Assembly (NCBI GenBank): GCA_026413865.1
Contig: JAOAKB010000001.1
Span: 2,584 to 66,583, forward strand
From: Nitrososphaeria archaeon
GTDB taxonomy: Archaea > Thermoproteota > Nitrososphaeria > JACIWG01
Length of the DNA: 64,000 bases
Direction of reading: 5' to 3'
A program made the position numbers and the translations under genes. The notes under the pieces were generated by a model. It was not told the DNA's origin, ran no database searches, and saw nothing but the letters and a program-made list of their open reading frames with translations. How positions within the stretch are numbered: position 1 is the stretch's first letter; each line of letters begins with the position of its first letter. Below, one piece after another: positions 10,411 through 19,508 of this stretch.

Positions 10411-11654
10411 ATAGACCATTGCCTAAGATAAGCCTTCTGCTCTTCTGTTAAAACATCAATTTTAATATTTTCTGATTCAAGCTTCTGTAACACAATTGTC
10501 TTATCAATTTCTTGTGGAACCTCGTAAACCTTGTTCTCCATTTTTTCACCATTTTCTAGCAAGTATAATATTGAAAGAAGTTGGGTTGCAAAACTTAAAT
10601 CCATAATTTCAATAGGATGCCCGTCTCCTGCGGCAATGTTAACAAGCCTACCTTCAGCTAAAAGATAAAGCCTGCGTCCATCAGGCAAGATGTATTCATC
10701 AATATTTTTTCTAACAGTCCTCTTTTCTTTCGCAATAGATTTTAATCCTTTAACATCAACTTCTACATCAAAATGTCCAGCATTAGCCAGTATGGCACCA
10801 TCCTTCATCTTACAAAAATGTTCAACTGTTATTGGTTTAATATTACCAGTCGCTGTAACAAAAAGATCACCTATTGACGCAGCATCAGCCATTTTCATAA
10901 CCTCAAAACCGTCTAAGTGTGCTTCAAGTGCAGAAAATGGGTCGACCTCACAGACAATAACCTTAGCTCCAAGGCCTCTTAATCTCGACGCGATTCCCTT
11001 ACCAACCCAACCATAGCCTACAACAACAGCATACTTACCAGCAATAAGCATGTTCGTTGTCCGCATAATGCCATCAACCACACTTTGTCCACTACCATAC
11101 TTGTTATCGAAGATACGCTTACTTTTCGCATTATTTACAGCAATAACAGGAAACTTTAGTACACCATCATTTTCCATAGCCTTATACCTTAAAACACCAG
11201 TTGTAGTCTCTTCAGTACCACCTAAAACATTTTCAGCCAAACCCTTTTTGTGTAAAAGAACACCAAGATCACCTCCATCATCAACAATCATGTCAGGCCT
11301 ATTTTCAGCAACACGTAAAACATTCATTTCATACTCTTCTAGAGTTTCATTATACCATGAATAGACATGTGAAACCCTTTCAGCTAAAGCTGCTGCAACA
11401 TCATCCTGAGTAGTCAGTGGATTAGATGATGTTATAGAAACTTCTGCACCGAGCTCCTGCAAGGTTATTGCCAAAAGTGCAGTCTTTGCCTCCAAGTGAA
11501 GACAAACTCCAACCTTTTTCCCTGACAAAGGCCTTTTTTCCAAAAACTTTTCCCTCAACCTTTTTAAGACAGGCATTCTAGCCCAAGCCCATTCAAGCTT
11601 CTTTCTACCTTCAGGAGCTAAAGAGGGATCTCTTATAGCATGCTCTAAAACCAT
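10407..11654 (-). CDS. ahcY: adenosylhomocysteinase-family hydrolase (SAH or S-inosylhomocysteine hydrolase)
   Basis: 415 aa, short archaeal form, with the NAD-binding block VVGYGWVGKGIA and conserved DDGGD, TEETTTG and GHFDVE blocks. Confidence 0.92.
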   Translation of the reverse strand: MVLEHAIRDPSLAPEGRKKLEWAWARMPVLKRLREKFLEKRPLSGKKVGVCLHLEAKTALLAITLQELGAEVSITSSNPLTTQDDVAAALAERVSHVYSWYNETLEEYEMNVLRVAENRPDMIVDDGGDLGVLLHKKGLAENVLGGTEETTTGVLRYKAMENDGVLKFPVIAVNNAKSKRIFDNKYGSGQSVVDGIMRTTNMLIAGKYAVVVGYGWVGKGIASRLRGLGAKVIVCEVDPFSALEAHLDGFEVMKMADAASIGDLFVTATGNIKPITVEHFCKMKDGAILANAGHFDVEVDVKGLKSIAKEKRTVRKNIDEYILPDGRRLYLLAEGRLVNIAAGDGHPIEIMDLSFATQLLSILYLLENGEKMENKVYEVPQEIDKTIVLQKLESENIKIDVLTEEQKAYLRQWSI

Positions 11655-11697
11655 ACCATATCATAATAATATGGTGAACGTAAATTAATATTCTTTT

Positions 11698-13140
11698 CTA
11701 GAAAGCTTTTGCTACAACAACAACTTTTTCAGCAGGCCTACCACACCATGCACATGGACCCCAAACCTTTTCTTCCAAATCAATCCTTTTACCTCTAATC
11801 TCATATCCTCCAGTATCTTCTTTAACCCTTTCAGCACATTCTCGCATACCGCAAAAATTCATTAAAATTATCTTTCCATGCTCACTAGCTTCTATCCCCT
11901 CACTCCTACTATTTATTCTAACAAGAGAACCTTCAAGTCTTTCATAAGCCTTCTTTTTTAGAACCCTTAAAATATCCTCTTTAACATCTAAAACCTCCTG
12001 TTCAATAGAACAATCATCAACCTGCCATCTTTTTCTCAAGTCCCTTCTAAACAATGTAATCTTTTTTTCTTCAACCTCTTTAATACCAATTTCAACCCTA
12101 AGTGGTACACCGAAAAGTTCCCACTTATAGAACTTGGAACCAGGCCTATCTTCAGAGTCATCAACCTTAACACGAACATTTAACCTTCTAAGTCTTTCAC
12201 CAATTTCAAAACATTTTTTAAAAACCTTTTCTTCGAACCCTTCTTTAGGAATAGGAACAACAACAACCTGTATAGGAGCGACTTCAAAAGGTAAAACTAG
12301 ACCAAATTCATCACCATGAGTTGATATTATTGCAGCAGCCATCCTTGAAAGCCCAGGACCAAAACATGTTTGATGAACATACTTTTTACTACCATCCTTA
12401 TCAAGGAAAACTATTTCAAATGGTACAGAAAATTTTGTTCCAAGATAATGTGTAGTCGCTATCTGTAAAACTTTACCTTCAGGCATTATACAATCAAATG
12501 CAAAAGTTTTTTCAGCACCAGGAAACTTATCCCATTCTTCCCTTTCAACAACAATAAAGGCTAGACCAAACTTTTCTAAAGCATTCCTTGTTATCCTAAT
12601 ATCTTCAGAAACCTGATTCAAAGCCTCCTCCTTACTTGAAAAAGCATCATGAGCTTCAATCCACAAAAATTCTCTACCCCTAATAAGAGGCCTTGTAGCT
12701 TTAGTCTCCTTCCTATACACAGTAACAGTCTGAAAGAGCTTTAGTGGAAGATCCCTATAACTATGAATCCATAATGAGTACATAGGATAAAAGGCTGTTT
12801 CAGAAGTAGGTCTAAGGGCAAGGTCCTCTTCACCTTCCTCACCCCTTATCTTGAAAACTTCAGCCTCAAAACCTGTAATATGCTCCTCCTCTTTCCTGAG
12901 ATAAGACATTGGGATAACTAGGGGAAAGAGAACAGGCTGATGCCCAGTTTCAGTCAACCCACGCTCTAACTCATCTCTTATAAGATTGATTAATCTCATA
13001 AGATTAGGCCTGTAAACGACAAAACCCTTAACATTATACCTTATATCTACAAGCTCAGCCCTTTCCAAAATCAAGGAATACCATTCACTAAAATTCTTCT
13101 CCTTATCGGGCAAGGCTTTTTCTGGCTGCAACTGTCCCAT
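11698..13140 (-). CDS. proS: prolyl-tRNA synthetase (archaeal/eukaryal type)
   Basis: 480 aa with a class II core (LRPTSETAFYPMY, RGREFLWIEAH) and a C-terminal Cys-containing domain (GPCAWCGRPA). Confidence 0.92.
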   Translation of the reverse strand: MGQLQPEKALPDKEKNFSEWYSLILERAELVDIRYNVKGFVVYRPNLMRLINLIRDELERGLTETGHQPVLFPLVIPMSYLRKEEEHITGFEAEVFKIRGEEGEEDLALRPTSETAFYPMYSLWIHSYRDLPLKLFQTVTVYRKETKATRPLIRGREFLWIEAHDAFSSKEEALNQVSEDIRITRNALEKFGLAFIVVEREEWDKFPGAEKTFAFDCIMPEGKVLQIATTHYLGTKFSVPFEIVFLDKDGSKKYVHQTCFGPGLSRMAAAIISTHGDEFGLVLPFEVAPIQVVVVPIPKEGFEEKVFKKCFEIGERLRRLNVRVKVDDSEDRPGSKFYKWELFGVPLRVEIGIKEVEEKKITLFRRDLRKRWQVDDCSIEQEVLDVKEDILRVLKKKAYERLEGSLVRINSRSEGIEASEHGKIILMNFCGMRECAERVKEDTGGYEIRGKRIDLEEKVWGPCAWCGRPAEKVVVVAKAF

Positions 13141-13350
13141 CGCAGACAGTAAAATTGGATAAGAATTTAATTTTTTTGAAACTGTTACATAAAAATCTTA
13201 AATCTTATGATACCATTATAACACTATTATAACAAATTTGAACATAGAGAAAAAGGCTGATGCTAAAAATTAACATTAAAATAATTATCATATTTGTTGA
13301 AAATTTTAAAAAAATATATTTCCTAACCTTTAACGTTAGGATGTTGGAAC

Positions 13351-14886
13351 ATGTTTCCTAAACCACTTACACATATAATAATATATGCTCCAAAAGAAAA
13401 TGTTAGAAAAATTCTTTTAAACTTAGCGAACGAATGCTATATTCAACTCAATTCTTCCTTCAATGACAAGACTATAGCAGAAAAAGCTAAACCCATTCAA
13501 CCATCAGGCTTACTAGCAAGAGCACTAAATCTATTACAACGTATGGAAAATACCATAAAAGAAAAACCAGTGCCAAACATAAAACTTGATGAAAAAATAG
13601 TTAGTTTAAATGAAGAAGATATAAACTATATTGAAAAACTTGATGAAGATTTGAGGAAGGGTGCAGGAAATTGGGACGAATACATAAAAGCTTACGTTAG
13701 ACTAAAAGCATTCTGTAACCTTGAATCAGCACTAGAAAAAATTGCTGGAACAGACAAGGTTGCAGTCATAGATATTTGGGTAAAAACAGTTGAAGTGGAA
13801 AAAGTTATAGAATCTGTGAAAAAGGTTGAAGACAAAGCTGCATTTGAAATTGTAGAAGAGAAAAAGGAACATGGTGAGACAGAGTCGCCAACATTACTTG
13901 AAAGGACAAGAATGCCTCAAGTTTTTAGGAAACTTGTACTATCATTTGGAACACCAAAAGCTAACGAACTTGAACCTTCAGCATTTATGGCTATAACATA
14001 TCCAATAATTTTTGCTCTAATGTTCGGGGACTTTGGCCATGGATTACTCCTAGCCATTTTTGGAGTATACCTCCTACTATTACAAAAAAGAAAAGTTAAA
14101 TTTGGAGAAACACTATCACTCATAATTTCTGGAGCAAAACTTTACATAATACTTGGTATAACTTCATCACTCGTAGGCCTATTCATGTACAGAGAAGCAT
14201 TTGGAAGCCATGAACTGGCACAAACCGTATACGAGACACTACATCTTCCAGAGATTCCAGAAAACTTAGTTCTAGGAATAACTTATATTCCATTAAGATT
14301 AAATCCAATAGAAACACCCCTAAGGCTCGCCCGACTCTCACTCCTTATAGCATTTTTCCAAGTGTCCTTTGGAATAATCCTTTCAATGATAAACGCATTT
14401 AACACAAGAAGAGTTTGGAAGGCAGTTGGAGACATAGGATGGGTTACACTTTACCTAACAATCGCATACCTTTTCTTCGTTAACGGAAGAAACGTTATTT
14501 CAGCAATTCTAAACTTTAACACAATAATATATTTTATATTACCGCCAATGGTTATTATGATTTTTGGCAGAATAATGGAGGAAAAAGTAAACGGATTACT
14601 TGAGACAATGGAACAAGTCATATCTTTAATCTCAAACACATTCTCTTACTTCCGAATTCTAGCAATAGGTGCAGCACATGCACTGTTTAGCAAACTAATC
14701 TTTGACGCTGGAAGCACACTAAACATTTTCCTATTCATACCAATTCTAGCATTTGGAACAATAATTATTATGGGATTCGAGGGACTACTGGCATTCTTAC
14801 ACTGCCTCAGGCTACACTGGGTAGAATGGTTCATGAAATTCTATTCAGGTACAGGAACAACTTTCCAGCCTCTAAAGCTGGTGTAA
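13351..14886 (+). CDS. atpI: A/V-type ATP synthase subunit I (a-subunit homologue)
   Basis: 511 aa. A soluble N-terminal part of about 200 aa is followed by a polytopic membrane domain ending in LRLHWVEWFMKFY, the conserved Arg-containing helix of subunit I/a. Confidence 0.85.
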   Translation: MFPKPLTHIIIYAPKENVRKILLNLANECYIQLNSSFNDKTIAEKAKPIQPSGLLARALNLLQRMENTIKEKPVPNIKLDEKIVSLNEEDINYIEKLDEDLRKGAGNWDEYIKAYVRLKAFCNLESALEKIAGTDKVAVIDIWVKTVEVEKVIESVKKVEDKAAFEIVEEKKEHGETESPTLLERTRMPQVFRKLVLSFGTPKANELEPSAFMAITYPIIFALMFGDFGHGLLLAIFGVYLLLLQKRKVKFGETLSLIISGAKLYIILGITSSLVGLFMYREAFGSHELAQTVYETLHLPEIPENLVLGITYIPLRLNPIETPLRLARLSLLIAFFQVSFGIILSMINAFNTRRVWKAVGDIGWVTLYLTIAYLFFVNGRNVISAILNFNTIIYFILPPMVIMIFGRIMEEKVNGLLETMEQVISLISNTFSYFRILAIGAAHALFSKLIFDAGSTLNIFLFIPILAFGTIIIMGFEGLLAFLHCLRLHWVEWFMKFYSGTGTTFQPLKLV

Positions 14887-14894
14887 CACTTATG

Positions 14895-15086
14895 CTATTT
14901 CCTTTTAGCAAGCCTCCAAGCTTCATAAAATGTTATGAAAATTCCGAAAAGAGTTGCAATAAGGGTGAATAAAACAGTTTGACCTATCTCCCTTCCAATA
15001 AGATATCCAGCAATAGCAAAAACCAATATTGTAAAAGAGAGACCAAAGTATTCGAAACCTTCCCTTACACTCATGCAATCCAACAA
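14895..15086 (-). CDS. small two-TM protein resembling the AtpZ/AtpI (ATPase_gene1) family
   Basis: 63-aa ORF (FGLSFTILVFAIAGYLIGREIGQTVLFTLIATLFGIFITFYEAWRLAKRK): two hydrophobic helices with a charged loop and a basic tail, like bacterial AtpZ. It overlaps a plus-strand ORF, so it is uncertain. Confidence 0.45.
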   Translation of the reverse strand: MLDCMSVREGFEYFGLSFTILVFAIAGYLIGREIGQTVLFTLIATLFGIFITFYEAWRLAKRK

Positions 15087-15128
15087 ATATACAATCTAAC
15101 TAGAATAAAACCATTTTGGAAAGAATAC

Positions 15129-15305
15129 TTGTTAATATTCTCACCATTCATACTTTCGTTAATCTTAACGCCAATAGCCTTTTTTGCAATCTTCACCTAT
15201 ATGAATTCAAAACTATTTGCAGCCATCTTTTCACTACTGATAGGAATAAGTATACTTTTTATAGGAAACATATACCTATATTATAAGCTTAGGAAGGTAA
15301 AGTAA
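15129..15305 (+). CDS. possible small two-TM protein immediately upstream of atpC (start uncertain)
   Basis: The track ORF is 14979-15305. Only its 3' part is hydrophobic (LLIFSPFILSLILTPIAFFAIF...LLIGISILFIGNIYLYY). The first plausible start clear of the minus-strand ORF is TTG at 15129. It stops 1 nt before the atpC start. Confidence 0.35.
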   Translation: MLIFSPFILSLILTPIAFFAIFTYMNSKLFAAIFSLLIGISILFIGNIYLYYKLRKVK

Positions 15306-15306
15306 G

Positions 15307-16344
15307 ATGATCTTGCCCAAAAACTATGGTCCAGTACTTGCAAAAGTAAGAGTTGGTAAAGGAAAACTTTTAGACAAACAAAAGTATAATGCAATACTCT
15401 ATGCAGAAAATTTTCATATCGCAATATCATATTTAAACAATACAGACTATTGGAACTATCTATCAAAATTTTCACAAAAGGAACCAACTACATTAGAAAT
15501 AGAGAGAACACTCTTTGAATACTACTATGACGAACTAAACAAATGTATCAAGTATTCTCCGGAAGAGGGAAAAATATTTCTAAACCTATTACATGATCAC
15601 GAACTAATTTCAATGCTAGCCGACCTTCTTAGTTCAAAATATTATAGAGTAGAATTTAAAAGCTTTCACGAAATTTTAACAAGAGAAATATTTTTAGGAA
15701 AAAAGAAACTATCCTACGAGAAAACTGAAGTAATAGTAGATTTATTACAGGAAAAATCTTTGGTACCAAAATTAAAACAGCTGATATTAGAGAATGAAAA
15801 TGATATAAACCACCTTATCCTTCAAATAAAATACATATTTTGGAAAACTTTTTTGGAATTGATTAAGGAAAAAATTGGGAGACAAACAATTTTAACAGAA
15901 ATATTTAGAATGCAACTTTTAAAGGAAAACATAATGCTAATACTACGTTTAAAAAGTATGGGTGCACCAAATTATTTGATCAAACAATATATAACGCCGT
16001 TTTCTATAATCGAAAAAAAAATTTTTGAAAAACTTTTATCAACAACCGATATTAAAACCTTTGCTACATCAGCAGTAGAAGAGTATCAAGGAATATTAAA
16101 AGAATTTATAGAAAAGATTCCAAATTTCGAGACTGATGAACTGGAGATAGAATATAATAAGACAATTGCTAGAAAAGCATACGAAGTTTTCTTAGCATAT
16201 CCATTCCAGCCAGACATAGCATACGGTTACATCATCCTAAAAAGGTATGAAATAGAAGATTTAATGAATATGTTAAAGGCCAAGCTACTTAACATAAGTA
16301 TAGAAAATTTAAAAAAAGTTTTAATACTGCCAATTTTTTTCTAA
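15307..16344 (+). CDS. atpC: A/V-type ATP synthase subunit C (d-subunit homologue)
   Basis: 345-aa all-helical protein with length and N-terminal pattern (YGPVLAKVRVGKGKLL) typical of subunit C, flanked by atpI and atpK. Confidence 0.8.
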   Translation: MILPKNYGPVLAKVRVGKGKLLDKQKYNAILYAENFHIAISYLNNTDYWNYLSKFSQKEPTTLEIERTLFEYYYDELNKCIKYSPEEGKIFLNLLHDHELISMLADLLSSKYYRVEFKSFHEILTREIFLGKKKLSYEKTEVIVDLLQEKSLVPKLKQLILENENDINHLILQIKYIFWKTFLELIKEKIGRQTILTEIFRMQLLKENIMLILRLKSMGAPNYLIKQYITPFSIIEKKIFEKLLSTTDIKTFATSAVEEYQGILKEFIEKIPNFETDELEIEYNKTIARKAYEVFLAYPFQPDIAYGYIILKRYEIEDLMNMLKAKLLNISIENLKKVLILPIFF

Positions 16345-16359
16345 AATGAGTGGGGAAAA

Positions 16360-16662
16360 TTGAAGTCTTTAAAGCACATTTTAAGCTTCACAATCCTATG
16401 TGCTATGGTGATACTATTTAATGGAGCTTATGCACAAGAAACACCTACTCAAACAGCAGGTTTAAAAGAAATTGGTGCAGCCGTAGCTTTCTCTATAGCT
16501 GCATTTGGGGCAGCAATTGGAATGGGTCAAATAGGTTCTACAGGAATTTCAGTACTAGCTGAAAAGCCTGAAATGCTAAGCAAAGTTTTAATGATACTCT
16601 TGTTCGTAGAGGCAATAGCAATCTATGGACTAGTACTAGCGTTCCTCATCCTCTTAGGATAA
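16360..16662 (+). CDS. atpK: A/V-type ATP synthase proteolipid subunit K (c)
   Basis: 100 aa with a Gly-rich helix (AAFGAAIGMGQIGSTG) and an ion-binding Glu in LLFVEAIAIYGLVLAF. It has a TTG start and a hydrophobic N-terminal extension ending AYAQE. Confidence 0.88.
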   Translation: MKSLKHILSFTILCAMVILFNGAYAQETPTQTAGLKEIGAAVAFSIAAFGAAIGMGQIGSTGISVLAEKPEMLSKVLMILLFVEAIAIYGLVLAFLILLG

Positions 16663-17254
16663 TCCTTTTTTCTAACATTTTTAAATTTAAGACAATATAG
16701 AGAATAAAAGCTACAGTAAGTATTGCTAACCCATTTAAATAATTTTGCATAGTTTGACCTTCTCTTAAGCTTGTATAGAAAATGTATGCTGGAGAAAATG
16801 CCATTAGCATTAATATAATTGCCTTTAAAATATTCTTTAGCCCAATGTTTACAAGAAAACTTTTTCCTAAAGGAAGAATTAGGGAATAAAATATTATCAT
16901 TAGTGGCTGTAAAATAAGAAACTTGCCTTCTATAACAAGATAAAATAGTTGGATAGGCTTAAAACCGGTTACCAATGCGGATATTATAAATCCAATTACT
17001 AACCATAATATGGCAACTTTTTCTATCCTTTGGACAATTATTTCTGTTTTAAAGCCATTAATTTTGTCAAAAAATGTTCCAATAATTATTCCGATAAAAC
17101 CTAATATGAAGATAAAAGGGTCCTTGAAAACCATTTCAACTATTGTGTAAGGTGTTCTATCACTTGGCATTAATATTATGAAATAGTATATGTATCCGAT
17201 TATGAACGATATTAATGGCATCGAATACAACAGTTTAGATATATTTTGTTTCAT
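16646..17254 (-). CDS. hypothetical polytopic membrane protein
   Basis: 202-aa ORF with about 6 hydrophobic segments. Its start overlaps the trmI stop by 4 nt, suggesting co-transcription. No family recognised. Confidence 0.55.
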   Translation of the reverse strand: MKQNISKLLYSMPLISFIIGYIYYFIILMPSDRTPYTIVEMVFKDPFIFILGFIGIIIGTFFDKINGFKTEIIVQRIEKVAILWLVIGFIISALVTGFKPIQLFYLVIEGKFLILQPLMIIFYSLILPLGKSFLVNIGLKNILKAIILMLMAFSPAYIFYTSLREGQTMQNYLNGLAILTVAFILYIVLNLKMLEKRIILRG

Positions 17255-18081
17255 ACCTTTTCACTTCCATCGCAAGAGTTTTCATTATAGGATGTATTAA
17301 CTTTTAGGAAGGATTTTCTAGCAAACATAAGGTATGCGGTGTGGGCTATCATTCTTGTTGAAGGACGGCTCATACCTTCTCTTGCTTCAATTGGCCTACA
17401 CAATAGTTCTACAGTATTAACATTTACAAAACCATTCTTCTTTAATTCTACAGCAAGCTTTTCAGCTTGGTTTATTGTTGGAAGAATAGCTGCTAATGCG
17501 CCTCCTCCTTTTAATGCATCAAATGCAGGTTTTACTAAAGTCCAAGGTGCACCAACATCAATCAAGACCACATCAACTTCTTTTTCATCAAAACCATGGG
17601 AGGCATCCTTATTTTTTATTATCACATAATCTTCTAACCCCACCCTTTTTAGGTTCCTTTTAGCTATTTCAATAAACTCTGGTCTTATTTCATAGGAATA
17701 TACTTTTCCTGATGGTCTAACAAAGTTTGCTACAGCCGTGGTTAATACACCACTTCCAGTGCCAGCTTCAACAACTATTGAACCAGGACCTATACCAGTT
17801 TCTAAGATGATCAGACCTATATCTTTTGGATAAACGATCTGAGTTCTTCTTTCACTCTTCATCAAGTAGTCTACTAGAAGAGGTTCAAGCAATATAAGTT
17901 CTTGACCCGAATTCGTTTTCACAATATCACCATATCTTTTTCCAACAATTTCAGAAAACTTAACAGCACCAAAGTGTGTATGAAATTCGTTTTTAGAGTC
18001 TACTTTAATAAGCCAACTTTTACCTTTTAAACTGTATAATAAAACAGTACTCCCATTTTCTATTATACGCCCTAGCATCAA
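17251..18081 (-). CDS. trmI: tRNA (adenine-N1)-methyltransferase TrmI (GCD14 family)
   Basis: 276 aa with the SAM motif I VVEAGTGSGVLT, preceded by the RRTQIVYPKD block and the N-terminal beta domain typical of TrmI. Confidence 0.88.
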   Translation of the reverse strand: MMLGRIIENGSTVLLYSLKGKSWLIKVDSKNEFHTHFGAVKFSEIVGKRYGDIVKTNSGQELILLEPLLVDYLMKSERRTQIVYPKDIGLIILETGIGPGSIVVEAGTGSGVLTTAVANFVRPSGKVYSYEIRPEFIEIAKRNLKRVGLEDYVIIKNKDASHGFDEKEVDVVLIDVGAPWTLVKPAFDALKGGGALAAILPTINQAEKLAVELKKNGFVNVNTVELLCRPIEAREGMSRPSTRMIAHTAYLMFARKSFLKVNTSYNENSCDGSEKV

Positions 18082-18158
18082 ATATGCTTTGCTTAAACCA
18101 ATTTTTAAACACTGCCAAAAAGAGTTTACTAACGTTTAAATATCATATTTATTGATAT

Positions 18159-18440
18159 GTGGCTGAGGCAAAGATTCACTTGGAAGAGGAAGGAAATGCC
18201 CAGCCGCGTGGCAGAAGAGGAGGAAAAAGAAAGTTTCCATCTTCTTATTTCAGAGAAAAGCCAGTAAAAGTTGGAGACATAGTAGAACTAACAATCACAG
18301 AAATTAGTAGAAGGGGAGACGGTCTAGCAAGAGTTCAAGGATATGTTATCTTTGTACCAAATACTAGCAAAGGAGACACTATAAAGGCTAAAATTACTCA
18401 GGTACTTCCAAGCCACGCAGTTGGCGAGGTAGTCGCATAA
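18159..18440 (+). CDS. TRAM domain protein
   Basis: 93 aa with a basic N-terminal tail followed by a TRAM fold signature (VGDIVELTITEISRRGDGLARVQGYVIFVPNTSKGDTIKAKI). GTG start. Confidence 0.8.
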   Translation: MAEAKIHLEEEGNAQPRGRRGGKRKFPSSYFREKPVKVGDIVELTITEISRRGDGLARVQGYVIFVPNTSKGDTIKAKITQVLPSHAVGEVVA

Positions 18441-18454
18441 AAAATATTTTAATA

Positions 18455-18490
18455 CCTGAAGATAAGCTTCAGGCCCCATTTTTTCTATAT
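18455..18490 (+). terminator. hairpin plus T-tract downstream of the TRAM gene
   Basis: A perfect 7-bp stem, CCTGAAG (18455-18461) / CTTCAGG (18467-18473), with a 5-nt loop. It is followed by CCCCATTTTTTCTATATTTTTATTTTT. Confidence 0.4.
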
Positions 18491-18534
18491 TTTTATTTTT
18501 AACTTTTTATTTAACCTCTATTTTAGCCTATTAT

Positions 18535-19482
18535 ATGAATATTTTAGAGAAAACGTTCAACGATATAAGACAAATGAGAGTTAGAGGAGCTGGAAGAATC
18601 GCTAGAGCTGCCGTAAAAGCTCTTGAAGAATACAGTTTGACACTTAATGTTTCTACAAAAGAAGAGTTTATTAAAAGTTTAGAGAATGCTGGAGAATATT
18701 TAAAAAGTTCTAGGCCTACTGCTGTATCACTTCCTAATGCAATAAATTATGTTATATCAAACTTTAAAAGGAAAGCGCATGAGCTAGAAAATAGAAGTTC
18801 TTGGATAGAGGCATTTAAAATATTATGTGAAGATTTTATTGAAAAAAGTATTAATGCAATTGAGAAGATTGGAGTTATTGGTGCGAAACGTGTAAGGGAT
18901 GGCGATATTCTTTTAACACACTGTAACAGCGAGGCAGCACTTTCAGTTATTCTGTCAGCTCATAAATTAGGTAAAAATATCAAGGTATATTGTACAGAAA
19001 CTAGACCAAAGCTCCAAGGACTAACATCCGCTTCAATTCTTTCAAAGAATGGAGTGGAAGTTACACTTATAGTTGATTCTGCAGTGAGATATTTTATGAA
19101 TAAAGTTGATCAGGTAATTGTAGGAGCAGACGCTATTACAGCAAACGGTGCTATAGTTAACAAAATAGGTACCTCATTAATTGCTTTAGCAGCCAAGGAA
19201 GCTAGAAGTAGATTTATGGTTGCAGCAGAAAGTTATAAGATTAGCCCACAAACATTCTATGGAGACCTTATTATTATTGAAGAGAGACCAAAGTATGAGA
19301 TTGTTTCAAAAGATTGGCTTTCCCAAAACAAGGGTGTAAAGGTTTCAAACCCTGCATTTGACATTACTCCAGCAGAATATATTGACGCCATAATTACTGA
19401 AATAGGAATATTTCCACCTCAAGGAGTCTTCATCCTTTACAAGGAAATGTACGGTTTCCAGTTTAAAGACATTCAAGGCTAA
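18535..19482 (+). CDS. eIF-2B alpha/beta/delta-family protein, probable ribose-1,5-bisphosphate isomerase
   Basis: 315 aa, collinear by eye with the Thermococcus R15P isomerase (MRVRGAGRIARAA, RPTAVSLPNA, ETRPK.QG, VGADAITANGAIVNKIGT, NPAFDITPAEYIDAIITE). Confidence 0.8.
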   Translation: MNILEKTFNDIRQMRVRGAGRIARAAVKALEEYSLTLNVSTKEEFIKSLENAGEYLKSSRPTAVSLPNAINYVISNFKRKAHELENRSSWIEAFKILCEDFIEKSINAIEKIGVIGAKRVRDGDILLTHCNSEAALSVILSAHKLGKNIKVYCTETRPKLQGLTSASILSKNGVEVTLIVDSAVRYFMNKVDQVIVGADAITANGAIVNKIGTSLIALAAKEARSRFMVAAESYKISPQTFYGDLIIIEERPKYEIVSKDWLSQNKGVKVSNPAFDITPAEYIDAIITEIGIFPPQGVFILYKEMYGFQFKDIQG

Positions 19483-19508
19483 AAAAAATTGAAGGGTATA
19501 AAAGTTAA

